40,426 nt of DNA, taken from the NCBI GenBank assembly GCA_023262945.1, contig JALQXY010000035.1, positions 1-40,426 on the forward strand, in the 5' to 3' direction. Shown piece after piece: positions 8,654 through 17,869 of the stretch. Made by a program: the position numbers and the translations under genes. The DNA comes from Rickettsiales bacterium (GTDB lineage: Bacteria > Pseudomonadota > Alphaproteobacteria > Rickettsiales > UBA1997). How positions within the stretch are numbered: position 1 is the first letter of the stretch; each line of letters starts with the position of its first letter. The notes below the pieces were generated by a model that had not been told where the DNA came from, made no database searches, and worked only from the letters and a program-made list of their open reading frames with translations.

Positions 8654-10582
8654 ATGCTTACTAAAATTGAATTAATAACGAATAATCTTAAAAAAATATT
8701 TGATCATTGGCAGCTTACAAATAAGGAAAAAAGGGATCAAATTTACTTAATATTACCTTTCATACAATTTGCATCATTTTTTGGAGTAATATTTAAAAAT
8801 GACACTCTTGACAAGATATTAAGCGACTTTTCAAAAAATTATATTGCCACTTACAGCAAAAGATTACAACTCAAAAAAGCTGATTTTTCTTGCGAAATCT
8901 ATAAACATATAAATTCTATCGAAAACAATGAAAAACCAACTCTTGCAAAAAAAGATTTTGCATTATTACTGTCATCATATGACAACAAATATTTTCATGC
9001 ATATTGCTGCCTAATATTTTCATTTGGTACTTTAATCGTCACTTCTGGGTTTTACCATTTTAAAGAAATATTGAAATTTAGAGATGAAATAAGAGATGCT
9101 AATCTCATGAATAATGAAAATTTTATTAATCTTTTTTTAGATAAATTTGATGAGTTAAATTTTCAACAAAGCATTAATTTAATGCAAATCGATGAGATTG
9201 AAAAATCTATTCTTCTCAACTACAGTAATCAATTTCAAAATAATATAAAGACCTCTATAAGCACCCTACTCGACCAGAAATTATTCAACAAAGCTAAAGA
9301 AAATATTTCTAACTTTGATCCATATATAGAAGATATAAAAAATCCTCAGCTATTGATAAATATAGATAATTCTATATCTAAAATAGATGAAATAAAGAAT
9401 CATAATTACAAATTAAACATCGTAATCAATCTTGGCTTTTCTCTACTCTCTTCCAACGACAACGATGAAAGATTTCCTATCTCACCACATATATTAAATA
9501 CAAAAATCAAAGAACAATTTTCTGATATATTTTTAAATAAAAGTTGCAAATCCACTATTAGCTTAAGCAAGTATTTATTACTGGATAATGATGTCACAAA
9601 CCTAGATCTTGTTAGCGAATATAAGTTTTATAATATGCTAGCAATTGATAAAAAGGATTGCAGATCAATTACAATTGATCTAGAAACTCGTCTTAATAAT
9701 TACGATATAAAAATAGAAAATTACGATAAAATAACCAATATCACTAAAAATCTTACTCGAATTGAAGTATTTTTTTATAAAATACTCTTTTTAAATAACA
9801 ATGAACTAAAAAATTATAAAATTAAAATTAAAAATATTTTTGATTACAGTAAAACAGAGCAAAATAATTTTAATTATATTTTTTCTTTATTGCTTGATAA
9901 CAAGCTTCATCAAAGCTTAATAGAGTCAATGTCAAACAATCATATTTCTTTTGAAATTTGCGAACAATCTTTATCAGATATCGAGAAAATTCATGATTTT
10001 CTACAATTTATAGCTAGAGATACTGGTCTTATAATAAAAAATAAAAAATCATTCGTTTCTTTTTCATTAATTAAGGAACAAAATAATATCTTAAAAATGG
10101 ATAAAGATAATATTTGCAATGCTTTAGCGGTAGAGTTTTTTAAAATTAACGAATCATCATTTAAAAAAATCAAAAATAATCTCAATAAATTTAAAAATAC
10201 TATACCAAGCGATTCAGTATCTCTTTATGCAAAAAATAAACCAGACGAAGGCAATATTTCCCTTAACTTTTGCAATAATTTCAATGCTCAATTAAATATT
10301 AGCAATTATGCCAATAAAAATATTAATAAAGAGTATAAAGAATATTTTTTAACCATTAATTATGATTTAAAAAATATGTTATATCAATTTATTAATAACG
10401 TAATTACAGAATTTAATGATTTATTAAAAAAACTATCCATAGATGAATTAAATTCATTACATAAGCAAAAAATAATAATAAATAAACAATTAACTCAATT
10501 ATCGGAATTAGCAGATATAAATTTACTACCAAATTACGCAAATGACTCAAAAATAATCCCCATGAAAAAAATAAATGCTTAA
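8654..10582 (+). CDS. orphan 642-aa N/K/I-rich protein with two N-terminal hydrophobic segments; no recognised domain
   Basis: Uninterrupted 1929-nt ORF in a stop-rich AT genome. Hydrophobic stretches are IYLILPFIQFASFFGVIF and AYCCLIFSFGTLIVTSGFYHF. I recognise no catalytic or family motif. Flanking spacers are 247 nt and 114 nt. Confidence 0.7.
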   Translation: MLTKIELITNNLKKIFDHWQLTNKEKRDQIYLILPFIQFASFFGVIFKNDTLDKILSDFSKNYIATYSKRLQLKKADFSCEIYKHINSIENNEKPTLAKKDFALLLSSYDNKYFHAYCCLIFSFGTLIVTSGFYHFKEILKFRDEIRDANLMNNENFINLFLDKFDELNFQQSINLMQIDEIEKSILLNYSNQFQNNIKTSISTLLDQKLFNKAKENISNFDPYIEDIKNPQLLINIDNSISKIDEIKNHNYKLNIVINLGFSLLSSNDNDERFPISPHILNTKIKEQFSDIFLNKSCKSTISLSKYLLLDNDVTNLDLVSEYKFYNMLAIDKKDCRSITIDLETRLNNYDIKIENYDKITNITKNLTRIEVFFYKILFLNNNELKNYKIKIKNIFDYSKTEQNNFNYIFSLLLDNKLHQSLIESMSNNHISFEICEQSLSDIEKIHDFLQFIARDTGLIIKNKKSFVSFSLIKEQNNILKMDKDNICNALAVEFFKINESSFKKIKNNLNKFKNTIPSDSVSLYAKNKPDEGNISLNFCNNFNAQLNISNYANKNINKEYKEYFLTINYDLKNMLYQFINNVITEFNDLLKKLSIDELNSLHKQKIIINKQLTQLSELADINLLPNYANDSKIIPMKKINA

Positions 10583-10696
10583 AAAAGATTAATACAATTT
10601 TTAACTTGACTTAGACTAAAGTTTAAGATTAATTGTAACTCTTATTTTTTGTAAATATTCTAGATTACTTTATATTAAACATAAAAATTAAAACAA

Positions 10697-10891
10697 ATGG
10701 CAGCCAAAGGTAAAACTTCTAAAGCTAAAAGAAACTCAATTCTATTTAAAATGGTAAGCAGTGCTGGTACTGGTTATTTTTATTTAGCTCGTAGAAATCC
10801 AAAACAAAAAACTGAAAAAATGGTTTTTAAAAAATATGATCCAGTTGTGAGAAAGCATGTTGAATTTAAAGAACATAAACTATCTTCTTAA
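10697..10891 (+). CDS. rpmG: 50S ribosomal protein L33
   Basis: 64 aa. [16 protein letters not shown]...[17 protein letters not shown] is typical of L33. Confidence 0.93.
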   Translation: MAAKGKTSKAKRNSILFKMVSSAGTGYFYLARRNPKQKTEKMVFKKYDPVVRKHVEFKEHKLSS

Positions 10892-10903
10892 TTGTCTCAA
10901 CTA

Positions 10904-12115
10904 ATGAATAAAATTAAGGTTAAAAACCCTATAGTAGAAATTGATGGCGACGAAATGACTCGTGTTATTTGGCGCATCATAAAAGATAAGTTAATTTTCC
11001 CATTTCTCGATCTTAATATAAAATATTTCGATCTTTCAGTTACTAACCGTGATAAAACTAACGATCAAATAACAATAGATGCCGCCAATGCAATAAAAGA
11101 TTGTGGAGTTGGTATTAAATGTGCTACTATTACACCTGACGATAATCGTCAAAAAGAATTTAACCTCAAAAAACTATGGCGCTCTCCTAACGGAACTATC
11201 CGTAATATTCTTGATGGAACAGTTTTTCGTGAACCTATAGTTTGTCAGAATGTTCCCCGCCTAGTTCCTAATTGGAAATATCCAATAATAGTTGGAAGAC
11301 ATGCTTTTGGTGATCAATATAAAGCAACAGACTTCACTATCCCCTCCTCTGGTAAATTAACAATTAAATTCGAAGGAGATGATGGTAAAATCATAGAAAA
11401 AGAAATTTATAATTTCAAAAGCTCTGGAGTTGCTTTGGGTATGTACAATACCGATGAGTCAATTATTGGATTCGCTAGATCATGCTTCAATATAGCATTA
11501 CAAAAAAAATGGCCTCTTTACCTTTCCACTAAAGATACTATACTCAAAAAGTATGATGGTCGCTTTAAAGACATATTTCAAGAAATTTACGACAAAGAAT
11601 TTAAGCAAAAATTCATCCAAGAAAATATAACATATGAACACCGTTTAATTGATGATATGGTTGCTTCTGCTTTAAAATGGAGCGGTAAATTTATCTGGGC
11701 TTGTAAAAATTATGATGGAGATGTTCAATCAGACTCGGTAGCTCAAGGATTTGGATCTTTAGGATTGATGACATCTTGCTTAATAACCCCCGATGGTAAA
11801 ATAATGGAATCAGAAGCTGCACATGGAACTGTTACAAGGCATTATCGTCAGCATCAAAAAGGAAACCCAACTTCAACAAATTCTATGGCATCAATTTTTG
11901 CATGGACTCGTGGCCTATCTTTTCGTGGAAAATTAGATAACAATCAAGAATTAATAGACTTTTGTCATAAACTTGAAAAATCATGTATTGACACTGTTGA
12001 ATCTGGAAAAATGACCAAAGATTTAGCTGTTTGCATTTATGGTCAAAATGTAGCACATAAAAAACATTATTTATATACTGAAGAATTCATTGAAGAAGTT
12101 TCCAAAAAATTATAG
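10904..12115 (+). CDS. icd: NADP-dependent isocitrate dehydrogenase, type II (eukaryote-like homodimeric family)
   Basis: [23 protein letters not shown] matches the canonical N-terminus of this family. [12 protein letters not shown] is also present. I moved the start to ATG 10904, because the track ORF begins at a TTG directly after the rpmG stop. Confidence 0.93.
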   Translation: MNKIKVKNPIVEIDGDEMTRVIWRIIKDKLIFPFLDLNIKYFDLSVTNRDKTNDQITIDAANAIKDCGVGIKCATITPDDNRQKEFNLKKLWRSPNGTIRNILDGTVFREPIVCQNVPRLVPNWKYPIIVGRHAFGDQYKATDFTIPSSGKLTIKFEGDDGKIIEKEIYNFKSSGVALGMYNTDESIIGFARSCFNIALQKKWPLYLSTKDTILKKYDGRFKDIFQEIYDKEFKQKFIQENITYEHRLIDDMVASALKWSGKFIWACKNYDGDVQSDSVAQGFGSLGLMTSCLITPDGKIMESEAAHGTVTRHYRQHQKGNPTSTNSMASIFAWTRGLSFRGKLDNNQELIDFCHKLEKSCIDTVESGKMTKDLAVCIYGQNVAHKKHYLYTEEFIEEVSKKL

Positions 12116-12118
12116 CTA

Positions 12119-12266
12119 CGAAACAAAGTTAATCTTTAAACGAATTAAATTCGAAATATTTTTTATATTATTAAGAAAAAAGATAAAGAAATTAAATTTC
12201 TAATTTCAAAGATTTTTATCTCAAAAATATTTTGTTATAATTTTATTTAGAGATGGCGTTTGACAT
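12119..12266 (-). repeat. palindromic MITE-like element, about 148-bp form with B-type arms, between convergent icd and pepP
   Basis: The reverse complement of 12240-12266 (ATGTCAAACGCCATCTCTAAATAAAAT) matches the 1821-1847 arm at 21/27. 12131-12162 is the exact reverse complement of 32979-33010 (32 nt). 12212-12235 is the exact reverse complement of 37078-37101 (24 nt). Confidence 0.75.
12140..12163 (+). terminator. candidate intrinsic terminator for icd, carried inside the repeat
   Basis: Short hairpin CGAAT-TAA-ATTCG followed by AAATATTTTTT, 25 nt after the icd stop. The same module occurs in the same relative orientation after pdhC. The stem is short and AT-rich, so this is weak. Confidence 0.3.
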
Positions 12267-12282
12267 AAATATTAGGTTCTAG

Positions 12283-14034
12283 TTAAAGATTGAATTTTCT
12301 ATTATACCAATCTTTTTCATGTTTTGTCATATATTCTTCATGAGTATTATAAACTTTTTGATGATAGTCTTTAAGCCATTTTTTTTCTGGATAAGTTAGC
12401 ATACTAAAATCAATCAATCTTTGATCTATCGGCGCTAAAGTTAGCGTTTCGAAGTATAAGAATTGCTCATTATACTTCTTAACTAACATTAAATTTTCAA
12501 TTCTAATACCATATTCATTTTCTTTATAATAACCCGGTTCATTAGAAATAATCATTCCTGGAATTAATTGCTGTTGATAATTCTTACCAATTCCACACGG
12601 CCCTTCATGAACAGAGAAAAAACTGCCAACCCCATGACCTGTACCATGATTATAATTTAAATTAGCTTGCCATAAATGATATCTGGCTAAAATATCTAAT
12701 TGAGCTCCATTAGTTCCAATCAAAAATTTAGCGCGCGCTAGAGCTATATGACCTTTTAAGACCCTAGTAAAATTGGCAATCATTTCTGAATTTACTTTGC
12801 CAACTGCAATAGTACGAGTCACATCTGTTGTACCTAAAGAATCGTCGCCGCAATACTGACCTCCAGAATCAATTAAAAATAAAGAATTACCTTCAATCTT
12901 TTTATTAGAATTTTGACTTGGTTGATAATGAATAATAGCACCATTGCTAGCAAATGATGAAATCGTAGCAAAACTCGGATAAAGAAAATCTTTATTCCTT
13001 TTTCTTAATTCTAATATTTTTTGAGATGCTTGTAATTCATCAATCGCTACATTATTTTCAATAGACTGATCAAGCCAGAATAAAAATTTTGTTACAGCGA
13101 GACCATCTATTTTATGAGCATTTATAAAGCCCAATATTTCATTTTTATCTTTGATAGATTTAGCTAAATCTATAGGATCAACTTGATCTATGATTTCAAT
13201 GTTAGACTTTTGTAGTTTGTTATATAAATAGTAATTTATTGTTTTTAGATCGGTTTGAATATTTTTATCTTGATTAATAAGAAGTAAAATCTTTTTTGTA
13301 AAATACTTACTATTTACAAAGTCAACATTTGGCAATTCTTTAGTAAGAAGATTAAATGGATTAATATCATCGATAAATAAATCAAATTTACCATCTTTAT
13401 ATAAAATACCACGAGATAATAAAATTGGAGTATATCTTATATCGCTAGCTCTAATATTTAACAGCCAACATATATTTTCTGGCTTAGTTATTAAGATACT
13501 ATCAGCCTTTAATTTGCAACAAATTTGCTCTCTTTTAATTATTGAATCATAAGTTATAAAATTATTATCACACAAGAAGGGCCTGGATGTTTCTTTTTCA
13601 GGTCTTTTTATCCAAAATTGATCAATAATATTATAATCTAAAGCCTTTAGTTTTGCTGATTTTTTATTGATAAGACCCTTTAAAGATTTAACAAATATAG
13701 CTGATAATAAATTAGCATCAAAAGCTAATGTTGAATTATTTTTCAAATTATATTCAAGCCATTTTAGCAATGATATATCACTTAAATCAATAATTTCAAA
13801 TTCTTTTAAATCAATTTGCTGAGCTGCTTGCAAAGTATACCTTCCATCTGTAAAAAAATATGATTTATCGACAGTAAAAATTACAACTGCATTAGAGCCG
13901 CTAAAATTAGTAATAAATTCTAATCTTTTAGCGTAATCTGGCAAATATTCACTAAAAAAATCATCGTTATTAGGCTGTATAAAATAATCGATACCTTCTT
14001 TTTTTAAGAATTCTTTAACATTTTTTAACGACAT
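12283..14034 (-). CDS. pepP: Xaa-Pro aminopeptidase (M24B, three-domain aminopeptidase P type)
   Basis: 583 aa. The C-terminal pita-bread domain carries the metal ligands in LIDSGGQY..GTTDVTRT, HGTGHGVG, ISNEPGYY and GIRIEN. Confidence 0.9.
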   Translation of the reverse strand: MSLKNVKEFLKKEGIDYFIQPNNDDFFSEYLPDYAKRLEFITNFSGSNAVVIFTVDKSYFFTDGRYTLQAAQQIDLKEFEIIDLSDISLLKWLEYNLKNNSTLAFDANLLSAIFVKSLKGLINKKSAKLKALDYNIIDQFWIKRPEKETSRPFLCDNNFITYDSIIKREQICCKLKADSILITKPENICWLLNIRASDIRYTPILLSRGILYKDGKFDLFIDDINPFNLLTKELPNVDFVNSKYFTKKILLLINQDKNIQTDLKTINYYLYNKLQKSNIEIIDQVDPIDLAKSIKDKNEILGFINAHKIDGLAVTKFLFWLDQSIENNVAIDELQASQKILELRKRNKDFLYPSFATISSFASNGAIIHYQPSQNSNKKIEGNSLFLIDSGGQYCGDDSLGTTDVTRTIAVGKVNSEMIANFTRVLKGHIALARAKFLIGTNGAQLDILARYHLWQANLNYNHGTGHGVGSFFSVHEGPCGIGKNYQQQLIPGMIISNEPGYYKENEYGIRIENLMLVKKYNEQFLYFETLTLAPIDQRLIDFSMLTYPEKKWLKDYHQKVYNTHEEYMTKHEKDWYNRKFNL

Positions 14035-14099
14035 CTTAATTAATTTTTTATTGACGGATTTGGGTTTAAATTTATTATTATTTTAAGTTTATAGCTGTT

Positions 14100-14160
14100 A
14101 TACCAATTCCCACCTAAAAAATATTTTATCATATTGTTCATTTTTAGGTGGGAATTGATA
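14100..14160. repeat. minimal palindromic element (A-type): 17-20-bp arms with a 20-nt loop
   Basis: CCAATTCCCACCTAAAAA (14103-14120) pairs with TTTTTAGGTGGGAATTG (14141-14157). The whole unit is approximately the reverse complement of the first 60 nt of the 37046 element. It lies in the divergent pepP/radA spacer. Confidence 0.85.
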
Positions 14161-14262
14161 TTATCTAAAAATGATTATAAATTGATTTCTTTAATTAAAA
14201 TAACTTATTTAATTATCTTCTTTAATTATCTTTTTTAAAGACAAATTTTAAATTACGAATAT

Positions 14263-15687
14263 ATGTCTAAAAAAACAGCATATTGTTGTCAATCATGCGG
14301 CGCTATTCATTTTAAGTGGTCAGGAAAATGCCCCGATTGCAATGAATGGAACAGTCTTGTCGAGGAATTTGCAGAAGGCTCTGGCTCGCATTTTAGTCGA
14401 ATTAACTCTGATAACAAATCCAGCAATAAATCTTCAGTTAATAAATTACAATTAACTAAACTTAATCAAAATATATCTGATTTTAAGCGCATTAGCACTT
14501 CTATCAACGAGCTTGATCGTGTTTTAGGTGGAGGATTAGTACAAGGCTCAGTTGTTCTAATCGGAGGTAATCCAGGAATTGGTAAGTCTACTTTATTATT
14601 ACAAACTGCAAATCAACTATCTCTTAATAATAATCGAGTTATTTATATTTCTGGTGAAGAATCAATAGATCAAGTAAGCTTAAGGGCTAAAAGAATGTCG
14701 GTAAAAGAGACTCAAATAGAAATTGCTGCCACCACTAATGTTAGCGATATAGTTGGATCAATAAAGTCAGATAATAATCCAACAATCATGATTATTGATT
14801 CAATTCAAACAATGTTTTTGAATGAACTATCTTCTGCACCAGGAACTGTATCGCAAGTTAGGGCGGCAGCTGGTGAATTAACTATCTTTGCTAAAAAAAA
14901 TAACATTACATTACTTATTGTAAGTCACGTTACAAAAGATGGACAAATTGCTGGCCCTAAAGTTTTAGAGCATATGGTTGATACCGTTCTTTACTTTGAA
15001 GGTGAAAAAGATTTACATTTTCGTATTTTAAGAGCCGTTAAAAATCGCTTTGGTCCAGCAAACGAAATTGGAGTTTTTGAAATGAATGATGTTGGATTGT
15101 CAGAAGTTTCAAATCCTAGTGAGCTTTTTCTTAACTCATACGAAACTGATACTAGTGGCTGCAGTATATTTGCTGGTATAGAAGGTACCAGACCTATTCT
15201 TGTTGAGGTTCAGGCTTTAATATCGCCATCTTACATGCCGTCACCTCGAAGAGCAGTAGTTGGTTGGGATGCAAACCGCTTAGCAATGATTATTGCCGTA
15301 TTAAGTAGTCGCTTTGGCCTCAACTTATTCGATAAAGAGGTATATTTAAATATTGTTGGAGGCTTAAGAATCGAAGAAACAGCAGTTGATCTAGCTGTAG
15401 CTTGCGCTCTTATTTCTGCAGCTCGTGATATTGCATTGATTAATTCAACAATAGCTGTAGGAGAAATTGGTCTAACGGGAGAAATAAGAATGGTAGGAAA
15501 TCTTGAATCAAGACTAAAAGAAGCTGATAAATTAGGATTTAAGAATTGTTTAATACCGTCGGCAAATACTAAAACAAAAAATTGGGCAAATACCAAGAAA
15601 TCACTTCCAAATATGAAATTTTATGCAATTTCACATATTAGAGATCTAGGAAAAATATTTAACAGATCCAGAAATTATAAAAATTAA
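14263..15687 (+). CDS. radA: DNA repair protein RadA
   Basis: 474 aa. Zinc finger CQSCG..CPDC, Walker A GGNPGIGKSTLLLQ, the KNRFG motif and a Lon-protease-like C-terminal domain. Confidence 0.96.
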   Translation: MSKKTAYCCQSCGAIHFKWSGKCPDCNEWNSLVEEFAEGSGSHFSRINSDNKSSNKSSVNKLQLTKLNQNISDFKRISTSINELDRVLGGGLVQGSVVLIGGNPGIGKSTLLLQTANQLSLNNNRVIYISGEESIDQVSLRAKRMSVKETQIEIAATTNVSDIVGSIKSDNNPTIMIIDSIQTMFLNELSSAPGTVSQVRAAAGELTIFAKKNNITLLIVSHVTKDGQIAGPKVLEHMVDTVLYFEGEKDLHFRILRAVKNRFGPANEIGVFEMNDVGLSEVSNPSELFLNSYETDTSGCSIFAGIEGTRPILVEVQALISPSYMPSPRRAVVGWDANRLAMIIAVLSSRFGLNLFDKEVYLNIVGGLRIEETAVDLAVACALISAARDIALINSTIAVGEIGLTGEIRMVGNLESRLKEADKLGFKNCLIPSANTKTKNWANTKKSLPNMKFYAISHIRDLGKIFNRSRNYKN

Positions 15688-15692
15688 TTTTA

Positions 15693-16454
15693 TTAATCAA
15701 AAAGATTAAAATCTTTAACTGGATTGTAATTTCTTTCTGGTTTAGCTTCAACTCCAATCTTTTTTTTACGACGTCTTCGACGATCTCTCTTAACTTTTCT
15801 TACTTTGGTGGAATCTATAATTAAACGATGCTGAATATGATCATCGATAATATGATCCACTTCATCAAGTTGATTAATAAAGAAATGATCAGCGTTTTCT
15901 ATAAGTTTATAAAAAATTTCTGCCTCATTGCGAGCGGATAATTTTTCTGAAAGTTTAGCAGAGTCTATTTCGTTGGTAATTTCATCTTTTTCACCTTGAA
16001 TTACAAGGCCAGTAGAAGTACATGGAACAATGAAATTAAAATCATATTTTGTTGCAGGAGGAGCTATTAAAACATAATTCTCTAACTCTGGCCTCCTCAT
16101 TACAGCCTGCAAGGCAATCCAAGCTCCAAAAGAAAAGCCCGCAATCCAAAAGTTAGTGGCCTCCATATTTTGATCATGCAGCCAGTTTAATGCTGTCGTT
16201 GCATCGAGCAATTCACCTTCACCATTATCAAATTTTCCTTCGGATTTTCCAACACCTCTAAAATTAATTCTTAATGTAGTAAAGCCATTGTTTGCAAAGT
16301 TTTTATAAGCTCTGTAAACTATTTTATTATTCATGGTGCCACCATGCAAAGGGTGAGGATGAAGAATTAATGCAATTGGGGCTTTAGGATCGGAGTTTTT
16401 ATGGTAGCGTCCCTCAATTTTTCCATCAGGACCACTAATAATAACCTCAGGCAT
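15693..16454 (-). CDS. alpha/beta hydrolase (COG2945-like) with a polybasic C-terminal tail
   Basis: 253 aa. Motif HPHPLHGGTMNNK and nucleophile elbow GFSFGA. The last roughly 40 aa (KVRKVKRDRRRRRKKKIGVEAKPERNYNPVKDFNLFD) lie beyond the fold. Confidence 0.8.
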   Translation of the reverse strand: MPEVIISGPDGKIEGRYHKNSDPKAPIALILHPHPLHGGTMNNKIVYRAYKNFANNGFTTLRINFRGVGKSEGKFDNGEGELLDATTALNWLHDQNMEATNFWIAGFSFGAWIALQAVMRRPELENYVLIAPPATKYDFNFIVPCTSTGLVIQGEKDEITNEIDSAKLSEKLSARNEAEIFYKLIENADHFFINQLDEVDHIIDDHIQHRLIIDSTKVRKVKRDRRRRRKKKIGVEAKPERNYNPVKDFNLFD

Positions 16455-16496
16455 ATTTTGAATAGATTGTATTTAGATAATAAATATTAAAATGTT

Positions 16497-16709
16497 TTAA
16501 ATTTGATCGTAAGGTATAGGCTTACTAGAATCATCTATTACTAAATCACCAGAGGCAATATTTCTTGCTGCTATATACTTGCCATGACCAGCATGAACGC
16601 CGTAATATAGGACAGGAGAGACTTCTATATTTTTATTACTAACTTTATCAAAAAAGGTTTTAAGTTTAACTTCTTTAGTTCTATTCTTAGGATTATTCTT
16701 AGTACCCAT
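16497..16709 (-). CDS. hypothetical 70-aa protein
   Basis: ATG-initiated ORF, 42 nt upstream of the hydrolase gene on the same strand. The basic N-terminus and SPVLYYGVHAGHGKYIAARNIASGDLV core are not low complexity. Family not recognised. Confidence 0.55.
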   Translation of the reverse strand: MGTKNNPKNRTKEVKLKTFFDKVSNKNIEVSPVLYYGVHAGHGKYIAARNIASGDLVIDDSSKPIPYDQI

Positions 16710-16747
16710 TAACTCACAAAATTTATATTATCAAAAATTCAAAATAG

Positions 16748-16831
16748 TGCCGGGAGCCACCACCGCGCAAACCCAGCGCGTGTATTATATTCACTCAACA
16801 AGTGAGTTATTGCATTCTAACACACTCCCGA
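16748..16831 (-). ncRNA. candidate structured RNA (cis-regulatory leader or small RNA), family unknown
   Basis: 84 nt at about 52% GC (44/84 counted) inside a spacer that is otherwise almost all A/T. Minus-strand helices are as follows. P1 is GUCGGGAG/CUCCCGGC (8 bp). Its one non-Watson-Crick pair is a G-U wobble on the minus strand but a C-A mismatch on the plus strand. P2 is UGUGU/AUACA. P3 is ACUCA-CUUGU-UGAGU. P4 is CGCGC-UGGGUUU-GCGCG. The element ends 38 nt before the ATG at 16709. Confidence 0.4.
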
Positions 16832-17076
16832 CATTTTTAATTAAGCAATATATATTAATTATTACAAGCGATTTTTTTGTTTTTTTACTATTTAAAAATA
16901 GTTTTTAACTAAAATGAGAATAATAATTTATAAAATTGTTTCAATATTGGTATCAATCTTAATAAAAATAAAATTATTTTTATTATTTTTATAAATTTAG
17001 TTGAATAAAATTAATTTAGATGTATATTTTATCTAATTATTTTTACTATTTTTTTACAATTTTTTTTTAATAGTCT

Positions 17077-17511
17077 ATGAAGCTTAACAAAATCCTTATT
17101 ATTTCAGTAATTACAGCGTTATTTTCACTTTCATCTTGTTCTTATAATTCTAATAATATAGCAGAATTGTCAAACGATGATGGATTGGTATATTTTGATT
17201 ACGATAGTGCTGAACTAAAGAGTAAATATAAAAGAAAGCTAAAAAACAAAGTAATTTCTTGGTCAAAAGCAAACCCTAACAACAACATTGTCGTAGAAGG
17301 TCACTGCGACGAAAGAGGTACGTATGATTACAACAAAAAACTAGGATATGAGAGAGCAGAAACTGTTAAAAACTTTCTTGTTAATGAGGGTATAGATTCT
17401 TCAAAAATTAAAATCATTAGCTATGGCGAATCAAGACCTATCGCCAAAGGAAGCGATGAGGATTCATGGAAGCTAAACAGAAGAGCTGTTACCCTATCTA
17501 TATATAAATAG
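17077..17511 (+). CDS. pal: peptidoglycan-associated lipoprotein Pal (OmpA-like domain)
   Basis: 144 aa. Lipobox LSS|C. OmpA-like motifs VYFDYDSAEL, VEGHCDERGTYDYNKKLGYERAETV and NRRAV. Confidence 0.9.
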   Translation: MKLNKILIISVITALFSLSSCSYNSNNIAELSNDDGLVYFDYDSAELKSKYKRKLKNKVISWSKANPNNNIVVEGHCDERGTYDYNKKLGYERAETVKNFLVNEGIDSSKIKIISYGESRPIAKGSDEDSWKLNRRAVTLSIYK

Positions 17512-17586
17512 TTATTTTTAAATATAAAAATATCCTCTTTTATCTTTAATTTTGCTTTTTCAAAAAGGTTAAATCTAAAGTAAAAA

Positions 17587-17616
17587 ATGATGTAAAATGA
17601 TGTAAAATGGTGTAAT
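17587..17616. repeat. 3 x 10-bp tandem repeat (ATGATGTAAA, ATGATGTAAA, ATGGTGTAAT)
   Basis: Read directly from the sequence. The period equals one helical turn. It lies in the 421-bp pal/ruvC convergent spacer, 50 nt upstream of the doubtful ORF at 17666. Confidence 0.8.
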
Positions 17617-17665
17617 TTAAAAAATACTTATTAAAGAATGCGTCTAAAATTTAACTTACCTTCCT

Positions 17666-17869
17666 ATGAACAATAATCCCATGCATGTTTCAGCTCCAAT
17701 CGATATAATACAACCGCAAAACACTAACACTACAAATATAGCAAATCGCCCAAAAAGCATCACAACACCTCTTAGAACTGTAACGCAGTTATTGTCACTG
17801 CATCATTCTGGATCTAATGTTAACGATTCGTTATCGGATAACAAAGGAGAAGTTTTTTTTATGGAGTAA
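17666..17869 (+). CDS. doubtful 67-aa ORF (coding status uncertain)
   Basis: The ORF exists, but its composition is atypical: rich in P/T/S/H, with more G/C-ending codons than neighbouring genes. No Shine-Dalgarno is visible (the upstream sequence is CCTTCC). No recognisable family. It may be non-coding or a gene remnant. Confidence 0.25.
   Translation: MNNNPMHVSAPIDIIQPQNTNTTNIANRPKSITTPLRTVTQLLSLHHSGSNVNDSLSDNKGEVFFME

Noticed and set aside
15231-15596. 121-aa minus-strand ORF
   Set aside because: It lies entirely antisense within the Lon-like C-terminal domain of radA. RadA is full length with all its motifs, and this ORF has no independent support.
16748-16831. Reading the GC-rich element as a tRNA or tRNA-Sec
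   Set aside because: An 8-bp acceptor-like helix exists, but there is no GTTCRANNC T-loop (the all-GC hairpin loop is UGGGUUU). There is no D-loop GG and no 7-nt anticodon loop with U33. It was kept as an unclassified structured RNA instead.
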